A stretch of DNA of 64,000 bases from Candidatus Aminicenantes bacterium (GTDB taxonomy: Bacteria > Acidobacteriota > Aminicenantia > Aminicenantales > Saccharicenantaceae), in contig CAWJKR010000008.1 in assembly GCA_963843505.1 (NCBI GenBank), positions 465,922 to 529,921 of the forward strand. The letters are read 5' to 3'. This document shows positions 31,393-42,906 of the stretch, in pieces. Each line of letters begins with the position of its first letter. Position 1 is the stretch's first letter. Below the pieces are notes generated by a model. It saw only the letters and a list, made by a program, of their open reading frames with translations. It was not told the origin of the DNA and searched no databases. A program made the translations under genes and the position numbers.

Positions 31393-32341
31393 ATGAAAGC
31401 CATCGTCTACACAAAATACGGGCCGCCCGATGTCCTTCGGCTCAAAGAGGTGGACAAACCCGTTCCCAAAGACAACGAATTATTGATCAGGGTCCGTGCG
31501 GCCGCCCTGAACGCCTATGACTGGCGCCATTTGAGGGCCGACCCGTTCTTCATCAGGCTCATGGGCGTTGGCCTTTTCAAGCCAAAGCACCGGATCCTGG
31601 GGGCCGATATCGCCGGCCTGGTCGAAGCGGTCGGCCGCGCCGTCACGCAGTTCCGGCCCGGAGACGAAGTCCTCGGCGACGGCGGCTACGGGGGATTCGC
31701 CGAGTTTGTCTGCGTCGACGAAAAGCGCTTTGTGCCGAAACCCGCCTCCCTCACGTTCGAGGAAGCCGCGGCCGTGCCGATGGCCGGACTCACGGCTTTG
31801 CAGGGCCTTCGCGATAAGGGACAGATCCGGGCGGGGCAGAAGGTCCTGATCAACGGGGCCTCGGGCGGCGTGGGGACTTTCGCCGTGCAGATCGCCAAAT
31901 CCTTCGGGACCGAAGTCACCGGGGTTTGCCGCACGTCGAAGATGGACCTGGTGCGCTCGATCGGCGCGGATCATGTCGTCGATTACACTCATGACGATGT
32001 CACCCGGAGGGCGGAGCGATATGATCTGATCTTCGATGTCGCGGCCTTTCGTTCGGTCTTGAAGTACAAGCGCATCTTGAGCCCCGGCGGAATCTATGTT
32101 CTGGCCGGCGGCTCTATCGCCCGGATGTTCGCAGCTGATGGTCATGTCCATGTTCGTCAAGAACATGGGAGTCATGGGCGCCAAGATCAACCAGGAGGAT
32201 CTGCGCTTCCTCATGGAGCTCATGAACGCCGGCAAAGTCCGGTCGATCATCGACCGACGCTACCCGTTAGGCGAAACGGCCGCGGCCCTTCGGTATCTTG
32301 AAGACGGGCGCGCCCGCGGGAAAGTCGTCATCACCGTATAA
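31393..32341 (+). CDS. NAD(P)-dependent MDR oxidoreductase (zinc-independent, RTN4IP1-like); frameshift near 32130
   Basis: MKAIVYTKYGPPDVL, NGASGGVGTFAVQIAK, GRARGKVVITV. Confidence 0.9.
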
Positions 32342-32459
32342 GAATCCATAAGACCCTCCGCTTTTTCGGTCAGGCACTGGGCCGGAAATTGACAAATTCT
32401 TGACAACTCTCCGCCGGACCATGGGTATCTTTCCCATAGAAGGAGATCAGGGTGATCTC

Positions 32460-33065
32460 ATGAGTCAGAACGGGCCAGGCCTGTGGAGAAACGGCGCAGC
32501 GGGATTCGCGATCCCGATCGTCATGAGCCTTCTCCTGTCGCAAGCCTGCGCCACGCTGGCCCGAAGCGTCGAGCAACCCATCCCGGTGACTTCCTCTCCC
32601 GCAAGGGCCACGGTGATCCTCAACGGGATATCGCAGGGCGCGACCCCGCTCATGATCAGGCTGCCCCGGTACAAGAAGGACCAGGTCATCCGGATAGAAT
32701 CCCCCGGATATAACCCTGCCGAGATACGGCTAAGGCGGAAGATCTGGGGAGGAACGATCCTCGGAAACATCCTTATGGGATTGGCGCCGGGATTGGTTCC
32801 GGTCCTGCTCTTATCGGGATCATCTCATGCCAGAATCGATCCCTCCGACGAGAAGGCCGTTCTCTCGATCTATCTCAAGAGCGCCGCGGTCCTCGGCGGG
32901 CTCTTTGTGTTGATAGACATCGGCAGCAGCAACGGCTACACTTTGACGCCGGAGAACCTCACCGTGAGGCTGACGAAGGCCGATGGGCCGCCGCGGGTCG
33001 ATACGGTTGTCCTCGACGCCGACGACCTTCGGAACGTCAAGTGGATCCGCGTCCGAAGGGACTAA
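32460..33065 (+). CDS. PEGA-domain lipoprotein, paralog 1
   Basis: SQACAT lipobox-like; VTSSPARATVILNG...GATP...IRIESPGYNP. Confidence 0.72.
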   Translation: MSQNGPGLWRNGAAGFAIPIVMSLLLSQACATLARSVEQPIPVTSSPARATVILNGISQGATPLMIRLPRYKKDQVIRIESPGYNPAEIRLRRKIWGGTILGNILMGLAPGLVPVLLLSGSSHARIDPSDEKAVLSIYLKSAAVLGGLFVLIDIGSSNGYTLTPENLTVRLTKADGPPRVDTVVLDADDLRNVKWIRVRRD

Positions 33066-33107
33066 GCGCGTTGACATGTGCCCACAGGGCTCCATAAGAG
33101 ACCGGCC

Positions 33108-33674
33108 ATGAACGATAAAAGCACAAATTGTTTTCTTTTCATCCTGACCCTAGCGAGCATACTGCTTTCTCCCGGCTGCGCGACTTTGACGCGGAGCAGG
33201 CACCAGATCGTCTTCGTGACTTCTTCTCCCCTGGGAGCCGCGGTTACCATCAACGGCGTCGAGAAAGGCCTGACCCCGCTCATGATGAAGCTGGACAGGA
33301 CGTTGAGGCGCCCGGTCATTCGGATAGAATCCCTGGGCTACAACCCTGTTGAGATCCGGCCAATAAGAAGGCCGTCGGGAACGCACTTTTTTGCGAACCT
33401 CCTCGTCGGGCTGATACCGGCCTGTGTGCCAGCCGCCGCCTATTCGTTGGCCCATGATGGCGAGGGAGCTATGATGGTCTGGATCCTCAGCGCAGCGGCC
33501 TTCGGCGGACTCTTCACTGCCGTCGACAGCGGCGCCGGAGCGATCTACGATTTCAGGCCGACCGATATCACCGTAATTCTGAAGAAAGCCAGCGGGCCTC
33601 CCCGAGTCGATACGATTCTCATTGATGCTGACGACTTCCAGAACGTCAAGTGGCTTCGGGTCCATAGGGACTGA
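33108..33674 (+). CDS. PEGA-domain lipoprotein, paralog 2
   Basis: PGCAT; VTSSPLGAAVTING...GLTP...IRIESLGYNP; shares the C-terminal GPPRVDT..DADD..NVKW.RV.RD with paralog 1. Confidence 0.72.
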   Translation: MNDKSTNCFLFILTLASILLSPGCATLTRSRHQIVFVTSSPLGAAVTINGVEKGLTPLMMKLDRTLRRPVIRIESLGYNPVEIRPIRRPSGTHFFANLLVGLIPACVPAAAYSLAHDGEGAMMVWILSAAAFGGLFTAVDSGAGAIYDFRPTDITVILKKASGPPRVDTILIDADDFQNVKWLRVHRD

Positions 33675-33769
33675 ACCCTGGCCCTGCGGTAGGCCGCGAA
33701 CTCGGGCCGAATCTTCTGAAAGCCCATGCTCCTTGTCAGAACGGTGTTGAGAAATCAGGCATAAGGGAG

Positions 33770-33864
33770 TGGCGGGAAGGTGTGGGAGTCGAACCCACCC
33801 GGGACGTCTATAGCCCCATACCGGATTTGAAGTCCGGAAGGATCACCGGATCCTTCACCCTCCC
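33770..33864 (-). tRNA. selC: tRNA-Sec (anticodon UCA)
   Basis: 95 nt: GGGAGGGT...CCGGACTTCAAATCCGG...GTGGGTTCGACTCCCAC ACCTTCCC GCCA; 8-bp acceptor stem, long variable arm, G73, encoded CCA. Confidence 0.96.
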
Positions 33865-34096
33865 CGTGGGTCAAAAGATGGTAGTCCGTCCGGGCACGGG
33901 TGTCAATTCAGCCGTGGCTCTTCTCGATCGCTGCCCAGGGGCGGGGCCCGGAAAGATCACCCCTACTTGCGCTCGGAATTTACAGCTGGTCCAAGATCTT
34001 CTTTCCACCTTCATTCTTAGGATTCAGCTCGCGCGAGACAGGCTGCGTGTTTCCATCGTGGCCCGGATGGGTTAAAATGATCGTCCGGGAGTAAGG

Positions 34097-35845
34097 ATGT
34101 CCGCTCGCTCAAGACCCGATATCAAAGCCGTCTGGCGCGACAATATCGTTTTGCGCCGGCTGCAGAAGCTCCCCGACAATGTCCGGCAGGTGACCCAGAC
34201 CATCGTCCTCAGCCTGGCGGCCGGCCTGTCTGCGGTCTTGTTCCTGTTCATGACCAATCTGTTGTTTTCCTTGACGTACGTTCAATTCGCCGAGCGATCG
34301 AAATTGTCCTTCGCTGTGGCCAGTTTCATCCTGATCATCGGCACATCGGTCATCGTCGGATTCCTGCTGAACAGGCTCAGCCCCGACGCGGCCGGGAGCG
34401 GCATCCCCCAGGTCAAGTCGGCTTATTGGAAAGAGCTCGGCTTCCTGCCGTTCCGGTCGACCCTGGTCAAGTTCTTCGCCGGCATGCTCAGCATCGGCGG
34501 GGGCGCCAGCCTCGGCCGCGAGGGGCCCTCGGTCTTCATCGGCAGCGGGGTCGCCTCCAACGTCGCGGGCGTCCTCGGCACACCGCGGCGGGAAAGGCGG
34601 GCCGCCACATTGATGGGGGCGTCGGCCGGACTGGCCGCGGCCTTCAACACGCCCATGGCCGCCATCACCTTCGCCATTGAGGAGATCGTCAACGACCTGA
34701 ACAGCCGCTACCTGGGGCGCGTCGTTCTCGCTTCGGTCCTGGGCGCCTTCGTCGTCTACGCCGTCCTCGGCCGCCAGCCGGCTTTCTCCCTTCCGTCCAT
34801 TGAGAACGTCAGCTGGCTTCATTATGCCGTCGTCCCCGTTGTGGCCGCCGTTGCTTCGTTCGCCGGGGTCGCTTTCCAAAGAGGGACCCTGTTCCTGAGG
34901 GGGAGGGTGAGAAAGATCGGCTCCGTCCCGGCCTGGCTCCGCCCCGGCCTGGGCGGTCTCGTCACCTGGATCTTGGGCGTCAGCGTGTTCCTGACGGTCG
35001 GAAAGATCGGGGTCTTCGGGCTGGGCTACCAGGACCTGAGCCGGGCCTTGAACAATAATTTCGAATGGAAGATCGCCGGCATCATGGTCTGCGCCAAGCT
35101 GCTGGCCACGATCGCGAGCTACGGTTTCGGCGGCTGCGGAGGTATTTTCGCGCCCATGCTCTTTGTCGGGGGGATGAGCGGCTTTTTCATAGGCGGCCTG
35201 GCGGGAACTTGGATGCCCTTGACGCCTGCCGACCATATCGTCCTGTCCGCTGTCGGAATGAGCGCCTGCCTCGGGACGGTCGTCGGGGCGCCCTTGACCT
35301 CGCTTTTGATCGTCTTTGAAATGACCCATCAGTTCGCCCTGGTGCCGGCGCTTATGATCGGGATGATCATCAGCCGGGCGATCTCGCGTTTCGCCGGCCG
35401 GCTCAATTTTTATGACGCGGCCCTTGTCCAGGACGGCCACGAGCTCCATAAGATCCGCCCGCCCCTCGATCTTCAGAGCTGGCAGAACCTTCCCGTGGCC
35501 GCCATCGCGAATCCCCACCCTGTGGTCATCCGGGACCTCGCCCCGGGAGCTCTGCACGCTGCCATCGACAGGTACCCCTACAATAGCTTTCCCGTAGAGA
35601 TCGACGGCCGGCTCAGAGGGATCCTGACCCGCCAGCAGATCCTCGAATCCCTGGTAGCGAAGGACGTGCCGGAGATCCGCAACGTGGTCACATGCTTTCC
35701 AGAACAGACAGTCCGGGAGGTCGGGGACAAGTTCATCCAGTCTCCGATCAATGTCCTCGTGGTCGTCAGCCCGGAGACCGGCGCGATCCAGGGCATCATC
35801 ACTTTACACGACCTCATTCGGGCCCAGGCCTCCGTCAACACCTAG
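34097..35845 (+). CDS. ClC-family H+/Cl- antiporter with C-terminal CBS pair
   Basis: GSGIP, GREGP, FAIEE, GGIFAP, NFYD; CBS GILTRQ and GIITLHD. Confidence 0.93.
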   Translation: MSARSRPDIKAVWRDNIVLRRLQKLPDNVRQVTQTIVLSLAAGLSAVLFLFMTNLLFSLTYVQFAERSKLSFAVASFILIIGTSVIVGFLLNRLSPDAAGSGIPQVKSAYWKELGFLPFRSTLVKFFAGMLSIGGGASLGREGPSVFIGSGVASNVAGVLGTPRRERRAATLMGASAGLAAAFNTPMAAITFAIEEIVNDLNSRYLGRVVLASVLGAFVVYAVLGRQPAFSLPSIENVSWLHYAVVPVVAAVASFAGVAFQRGTLFLRGRVRKIGSVPAWLRPGLGGLVTWILGVSVFLTVGKIGVFGLGYQDLSRALNNNFEWKIAGIMVCAKLLATIASYGFGGCGGIFAPMLFVGGMSGFFIGGLAGTWMPLTPADHIVLSAVGMSACLGTVVGAPLTSLLIVFEMTHQFALVPALMIGMIISRAISRFAGRLNFYDAALVQDGHELHKIRPPLDLQSWQNLPVAAIANPHPVVIRDLAPGALHAAIDRYPYNSFPVEIDGRLRGILTRQQILESLVAKDVPEIRNVVTCFPEQTVREVGDKFIQSPINVLVVVSPETGAIQGIITLHDLIRAQASVNT

Positions 35846-36046
35846 ACGGACCTTCTGGCTCGCCCGCAAGGCGAAATCGTCGGGGGGGCTCGGGGGACAG
35901 ACAGGGATGTTGCTTTAAGAAACGACGGGCAGGGTGATCGGCGTCAAGAAAGTGTGGCGGCGGCGAGAGTGGGGAGTGGGATTGTACGACCGGGCCGGAT
36001 TTGCTAACGTTAGATAGCGGCTCGCACCCCACAATGAGGGAACCAA

Positions 36047-37172
36047 TGCATGACCGGTCTTCCCGGTGGATTCTTCAGAACGGCGGGCGCTGGCTGCTTT
36101 TATTTCTTCCTTGGCGGTTATCGGGACCGCCCAACAGGTCATCGATAATCCGGCGAAACCCGCGAGCCTCAACGCGGGCCGTGTGCTCGCGCTCAAGGAG
36201 GTCGTCCGGATCACGGACGATAAGGGTCAGTTCCTCTTCGTCCAGCCCTTCAACGTCTTGACGGGGCACGACGGATCGGTCTATGTCCAGGAATACAGGC
36301 AGCTGCTCAAGTTCGACGCCCAGGGCCGGTTCGTCAAGAACATGCTCAAGAGAGGGCAGGGGCCGGGCGAGCTCGACGACAACCTGACCGACGTCGTCGT
36401 CCGGGAAAAGGACATCATCCTCTGGTCGTCCAACAACCATAAGTTCATCCGGCTCGACCTCGACGGCCGCCTCATCGAGGATAAGAAGATCGTTCAGGGA
36501 TTCCTCGGCTCCCTCCTCGGCGTGTTCGGGGGCCGGTGTTTTTTCCTCAGGAGCGAGATCGACACCGATAAGTCGAGGCCCAGGATCAACGGGATCTTCG
36601 AAACCCCTAGCCGTCTCGTCATCCTCCCTGAAAACGGGGAGGCCGTTCCCACGCCTTTCCTGATGCCGATGACGGCGGGCTTCCATTTCGGACCGAGGGC
36701 CGCTTCGAGCAGCACGATATCCCGGGCCATGCCGGTGGCGGCGGGCGAACGCTCGGTCTTCCTCTTCCATTCGCCGGACTATCTCATCAAGCTCATCGAC
36801 CTCGAGACCGGGGTGGTCGTGCGAAGCTTCCGACGGGATTACGATCGGGTGAAGTACGAAGTCAAGACGCCGGCCGGCTATCCGGCCGAGCTCATCCCCA
36901 AATATCACAACGACCTCTGCCGGCTCCTCTGGCGCAACGATAGGCTGTGGGCCGTGACGTCGACCGTCGACCCGAAGAAGGGGATCCTGGTCGACGTATT
37001 CAGCCGGGAGGGTCAGTATGTCGACAACTTCTACCTGCCCCTCTTCAAGATCCGCAAGAACAACCCGCAGTATTACGCCCCGATGGCGGTTTGGGGGAAC
37101 TTTCTTTATCTTCTCGAGGCGGACGAAGACGACATCATCTCCCTCATCAAGTACGAGATCGTCGGAGAATGA
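36047..37172 (+). CDS. Secreted 6-bladed beta-propeller protein (start uncertain, 36047 or 36066)
   Basis: KFDAQGRFVK..KRGQGPGE, VDVFSREGQYV motifs. Confidence 0.75.
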
Positions 37173-37200
37173 TCGGTCCGGGATACGGAGTCGGTGACGC

Positions 37201-38421
37201 TTATCGCCCGGCTCGAGGCGCAAAGCCCAGGACCTGGAACGGCGCCTCGTCCGGCCGCCCCGGCGAGATGTGAAGCTCCGGCTTCTCGCCCAGGACCATG
37301 ATGGTGCAGCCGTAGGTTTCCGCGTTATTGATCCCGGAGGCGCGGTCCCGGAAGAGCCCCTGGAGCGCGTCGAGGTCCAGGACGGCGGAGTTGTCCTTGA
37401 GCCGCCGGCCAAGGAACTTGAAACGCGGGCAGCGGGCCTGATAGCTCTCGAGCGTCAGGTTATTGCGCTTCAGCAATTGCGGGAATTTCGGATTGTAATC
37501 GTCGTTGACCATCGGATGGTTCGTGTGGTAGCTGAACTCGGCGCCCTCGAACGGGACGAACTTGGACATCTTGCCGGCCGAGCGCTCGAAGACGGCGACC
37601 TCAGCCGGCCCTCCGATGACATAGGTCTGCGGCGCCGCGGGCTGGATGTCCTCGAGGAATTTCACCGCCCGCTCATAAGAGCTCTGGCGCAGGAGGCCCC
37701 TGATGACGAAGGCCACGGGGAGCCCCTTGGTCGAATAGGCGAGCTGGGTCACGGCGTTGACGCACACCCCGACCGAACGGCTGTTCAACCCGTTGGCGGC
37801 GACGACCCCCGGGATCGTGAAGACGAGGGTCTCGAGATCATCCCGGCTGTCCCGGATGCGAAGGACGGTCTGAAAGCCGTGATAGAAGTCGGGGATGTCC
37901 AGGGTTTGGGAGACAGAGGCGGGGTGCCCATTCCTCTTTCCGGCCGCGATCGAGGTGCATTTGGAGAAGCTCAGGTCCGGCCCGACGGTCCAGAGCTCGT
38001 CGATGAGCTGATAAGCGTACATCGTGTCGAAATCGACCCCGGCCCCGTCGGCGATGCCGCGGACTTCGTCGAGGAGGCCCGGCGTCCAACGGTCGATGGC
38101 CGGCTTGAAGTCCGTCTTCTTCAGGAATTCACGGATAAAGACCTCGGCTTCGACTCGATAGGTCCTTTCCAGGTCTTCCTTCCAGCGCTTGACCAGCTCC
38201 AGGATCTCCGCCTTGAGCGTCTGGCCGTGGATCTTGCCCATCTGGTAGGGCGTTCCCGCGAGATCGACGATCCTCAGCTTCGTCTCCGGTCCGGGGCGCG
38301 ACCTGTCCCCGGCCCGAAGGGAATTCAACTGGGCGGTGAAGAGGAGGAGCAGAAAGACGAGCCCGTTGGCCGAAATCCGGCGGACGGCTCTTATCGGCGA
38401 TTTTCTTTCCGATATTGGCAT
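37201..38421 (-). CDS. Peptidase C45 (Ntn-hydrolase, acyl-CoA:6-APA acyltransferase-like)
   Basis: GTPYQMGKIHG, LDEVRGIADGAG, nucleophile K-C-TSIA, GLNSRSVGVCVN, YHTNHP. Confidence 0.85.
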   Translation of the reverse strand: MPISERKSPIRAVRRISANGLVFLLLLFTAQLNSLRAGDRSRPGPETKLRIVDLAGTPYQMGKIHGQTLKAEILELVKRWKEDLERTYRVEAEVFIREFLKKTDFKPAIDRWTPGLLDEVRGIADGAGVDFDTMYAYQLIDELWTVGPDLSFSKCTSIAAGKRNGHPASVSQTLDIPDFYHGFQTVLRIRDSRDDLETLVFTIPGVVAANGLNSRSVGVCVNAVTQLAYSTKGLPVAFVIRGLLRQSSYERAVKFLEDIQPAAPQTYVIGGPAEVAVFERSAGKMSKFVPFEGAEFSYHTNHPMVNDDYNPKFPQLLKRNNLTLESYQARCPRFKFLGRRLKDNSAVLDLDALQGLFRDRASGINNAETYGCTIMVLGEKPELHISPGRPDEAPFQVLGFAPRAGR

Positions 38422-38550
38422 GGGGAGACTATACTTCCGGCCGCCGGCGACCGTCAAGGATTGACCATCCTCCTCGGCCTGGGGCCGAGGCAACTATTCG
38501 CCGGGCTGGATCGTCTCTAGGAATGATATCCAACCTGGAGGTCTGCCGCG

Positions 38551-39362
38551 ATGAATAAGCTCTTCGTGGCCGCCATCCTTTTATTCGTCACCGCCCTGGC
38601 GCTGGCCGCCCCGCCGCAGCGCGCCGAGATCTTGGTCCTCGGCACCTACCATATGGCTAACTCCGGGCCGCGATGTCTTCAACATGGAGGCGGACGACGT
38701 GCTCGCGCCCAAGCGGCAGGCCGAGATCGCCGAGCTGCTCGAGGTCCTGAAGAGATTCAAGCCGACCAAGATCGCCATCGAGTCCACGGTTTATGAAGAC
38801 CGTCGCCCCAAGCAGTACGCCGATTACCTGGCCGGCAAGTACACGCTGACGGCCAACGAGATCGAGCAGGTCGGTTTCCGGCTGGCCAAGGAGCTCGGCA
38901 TGGAGGCCATCTATCCCGTCGATATCGACGGCGATTTCCCCATGGCAGCGGGTGATCAACTTCGCCAAGGCCAAAGGGCAGTCGCAGATCATGGACCGGC
39001 TCATGTCCGAGATCGGCAAGATGGTCAAAGAACAGGACGCCTACCTCAAGTCCCACACCATTCTCGAGACGCTCCTCTTCATGAACGACGACAAGAAGGT
39101 CGCCCAGGACGTCGGATTCTACTACCGCGAGGCCCACTTCGGAGAGCCGGGCGACTATGCCGGCCCGGACCTTCTGGCCAGCTGGTATCAGCGGAATATC
39201 CGCATCTTCAACAATATCGCCGCTATCATCGGATCCCCGAACGAACGCGTGCTGGTGATCTACGGGGCCGGGCATCTCGGCTGGCTGCGGCAGGACGTCG
39301 AGAACGATCCTAGCATGAGACTCCGGAAGCTGGCCGAGTTCGCGAGCCCGAAAACGAACTGA
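38551..39362 (+). CDS. DUF5694-like secreted protein; frameshifted
   Basis: ILVLGTYHMAN, FKPTKIAIE, NEIEQVGFRLA, WYQRNIRIFNN, RVLVIYGAGH. Confidence 0.8.
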
Positions 39363-39592
39363 CCGCCCTTGACGGGGTCCGCGGGCCCTTGACAATCTCT
39401 GAACTCGAACCTATATATGAAGACGAACGTTGCAGAGGGGATTTCTCGCGTAAGGGGTTCGAGATCTCGATCTTTCCGTCCGCAACATAATCCGCGTTCC
39501 GGCGGTTATCGATAGTGTAAAGTTTTTTGCGGACTTTACGGGCCGCGGCGCCCACCGGCCGCGCGATATGGGTACGGGAGCCATATTGATTT

Positions 39593-39608
39593 TGGCATAT
39601 TTTATGCA
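39593..39608 (+). promoter_or_regulatory. Putative sigma54 (-24/-12) promoter for the ABC exporter operon
   Basis: TGGCATATTTTATGCA with exact GG-N10-GC spacing; upstream inverted repeat GTAAAGT-N9-ACTTTAC (39517-39539). Confidence 0.6.
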
Positions 39609-39743
39609 GCAACGGGCGATAAGAACGTTGGGATCAAGAATCAAGCTTTAGCAGGTCATCTATTCTGGCCTTGGGGAGTTAGGCCATGATCAAAAGATGC
39701 CCTCGGGGGGGCCGAGCCGGGCAGCGACGCCGCTGATCGAGCC

Positions 39744-40404
<661 letters not shown>

Positions 40405-40421
<17 letters not shown>

Positions 40422-41692
40422 GCTGAAACGGAAGGTTTGGCGCTTCCGGCGGGCCTACGTCCTCGCGGCCGTCCCCGTCCTGGCCCTCGCGATCTCGCTC
40501 GCCGTCCTCCCGGGCCGGAGCGACGTCGACGCGGTCCCCGAGGCGTCCGACGCGAAGGTCGCCCAAGGGACCTTCCGGCCGACCGTCGTCCTTACGGGGA
40601 GCTTGACGGCCCTCCGGTCGGAGGAGCTCAAGGTCCCGATCACCGAGACGTACCGGGTCCAGATCAAATGGATGGTGAAAGAAGGCGAGACCGTCAAGCC
40701 GGGCGACCCCGTGGTCCGGTTCGACACCTCCGGATTGGCCACGTCGATCGAGGGCGCCCAGGATTCGCTGAAAGCCAAGTGGGAGGAGAGGTCCCGGAAG
40801 AAGGCCGAGTACGAGAACCAGACCTTCGAGCTGGACGTGGAAGTGAAGAAGGCCGAGAACGACAACCGGCAAAAGGCCCTCGACGCGTCCATCCCCGAGG
40901 GGCTCGAGTCCCGGTACGAGTACGACCGCAAGCAGCTCGAAAAGAAGATCAGCGATCACGCCCTGGCCAGCGCCCGGACGAACAAGAGCGTCAAGATGGC
41001 CGACCTGGAAAGCCAGATCAAGACGCTCGCCATCGAGGCCGCGGAGCTCGAAACCAAGCTGCGGAGGCTGAATGACAGCCTCGACGACCTGACCCTCATC
41101 GCCAGGACCGAAGGCGCGGTGATCTACGATGTCGACGAATGGAGCGGCCAAAAGGTCCAGGTGGGCGACACGGTCTTCGCCACCTCTGTCGTGGCCACGA
41201 TCCCCGACATGACGTCGCTCCTGGTCCAGGCCTGGATCAGCGAGACCCACATCCAGCGCATCAAGACCGGGCAGAGCGTCGACCTCTATCTCGACGCCTA
41301 CCCGGAGAACCGGTATGCCGGCGCGATCCGGGAGATCTCCCAGAGCGCCGATCCCGTCCGGCGCTGGGGCCGGTCCAACTATTTCCGGGTCGACATCGAA
41401 ATGGAAAAGCTCGAGCCGGACATCATGAAGCCCGGGATGAGCGTCCGATGCGAGGTCCGCGGGCCGGAATACAAGGACGTCCTCCTCATCCCGCTGGGGA
41501 TGACGCTGTTCGACGGGCGCTCTTTCTGGGTCAGGCCCGCCGGCGGCGAAGCCGTCGAGCTCACGGCCCTGGATTACGACGAGTTCGCGGTGGCCGCCGA
41601 CCCGGGGGCCAATCCCTCCCTCAAGGCGGGAATGACGCTCCTCCCGGTCGGCGCGCTTCCCGAAGAAGAGTCGGAGAGAAGAAGGCCGGTGA
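40405..41692 (+). CDS. Periplasmic adaptor / membrane fusion protein 1 (in frame with the next gene as sequenced; end inferred)
   Basis: N-terminal TM; EGETVKPGD, coiled coil, KVQVGD, MKPGMSV motifs. Confidence 0.75.
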
Positions 41693-42906
41693 AAAAACCT
41701 AGGCTCTTTTCGCGCGCCGCCGCCGCGGCCCTGGTGTTCGCCCTCGCGCTCACCGGGTGTTCGCGGTCGGGCAAGGGCGCGGTGGCAAAAGTCGTCAAGG
41801 CCCCCATGAACATCACGGTCCACGCCACGGGCCAGCTCCAATCGGCGGCCTCCCACAGTGTCGGGTGCCCGTCGGTCGAGCGGGTGTGGCAGTACACGAT
41901 CTCCTTCATGGCCCCGGAGGGCAAGGCCGTCAAAGAAGGCGACATGATCCTCTCTTTCGACGCCCGGGAGATCATGCAGCGGCTCCAGGTCAAGCAATCG
42001 GACCTGGATACGGCCCTCAAAGAGCTCGAGAGGATGCAGCTCACCGAACGGCAGACCCGGGAGAACCTGGCCCTGCAATTCGAACAGGAGAAGGTCAACA
42101 AGCAGAAGGCCGTGCGCAAAGCCGACTACCCCGAGGGGATCATCGCGCCGATGGAGCTCCAGAAGAGGCAGATGGAGCTCGAGCTGGCCGATCTGCAGGA
42201 GAGGCTCGCGGAAAACCGCCTGGCCAACCAGAACTCGGGGATGGCCAGCCGCATCCAGGTCCAGGAATCGAAGGCCCGGCTGCTCCAGGCCCAGGTGGAC
42301 CGGCTGCAGCGCGACATCCAGACCATGAACGTCCTGGCGCCCACGGCCGGGCTCGTCGTTTACACGCCCAATTGGAACGGCAAGAAAAAGGCCGTCGGCG
42401 ACACCGTGTGGATGGGCGACACGATCCTCGAGCTGCCCGACCTCGGGCGGATGCAGATGAAGGCCGTGATCCTCGAGGTCCAGGCGGGCCGGGTCAAAGT
42501 CGGGCAGCCGGCCGAGGTCCGGCTCGACTCCAACCCGGACCGCGTGTACAAGGGCGAGATCACGTCCCTGGGCCGCGTCTTCCGCGTCAAGTCGGACAGC
42601 CAGCCGGCGATCGTCTTCGACGCCGTCATCGATCTCTCCGAATCGGATCCCGAGCTGATGCGGCCCGGCATGGCGGCCGGCGTCAATATCGTCATCTCCT
42701 CCAAAAGCGACGTGCTGCAGGTGCCGGAGGCCGCGATCGTCTACCGCGAGAAGGGCGCGGCCGTTTGGAAAAAGGGCGCTTTATCCCGGGATCTGACGCC
42801 GGTCACCCTCGGGGCCCGGTCCGACGGCATGGTGGAGATCACGAGCGGCCTGGCGAAGGGGGATTCGATCGTCATCCTCTCGGGGGCCGCGGGAGCCGGA
42901 CGATGA
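41689..42906 (+). CDS. Periplasmic adaptor / membrane fusion lipoprotein 2
   Basis: GTG start, LTGC lipobox; EGKAVKEGD, VLAPTAGLV, MRPGMAA, VPEAAI. Confidence 0.8.
   Translation: MKKPRLFSRAAAAALVFALALTGCSRSGKGAVAKVVKAPMNITVHATGQLQSAASHSVGCPSVERVWQYTISFMAPEGKAVKEGDMILSFDAREIMQRLQVKQSDLDTALKELERMQLTERQTRENLALQFEQEKVNKQKAVRKADYPEGIIAPMELQKRQMELELADLQERLAENRLANQNSGMASRIQVQESKARLLQAQVDRLQRDIQTMNVLAPTAGLVVYTPNWNGKKKAVGDTVWMGDTILELPDLGRMQMKAVILEVQAGRVKVGQPAEVRLDSNPDRVYKGEITSLGRVFRVKSDSQPAIVFDAVIDLSESDPELMRPGMAAGVNIVISSKSDVLQVPEAAIVYREKGAAVWKKGALSRDLTPVTLGARSDGMVEITSGLAKGDSIVILSGAAGAGR

Noticed and set aside
31300-33864. Integrative element at tRNA-Sec
   Set aside because: No integrase and no duplicated tRNA 3' end (att site) were found in the window.
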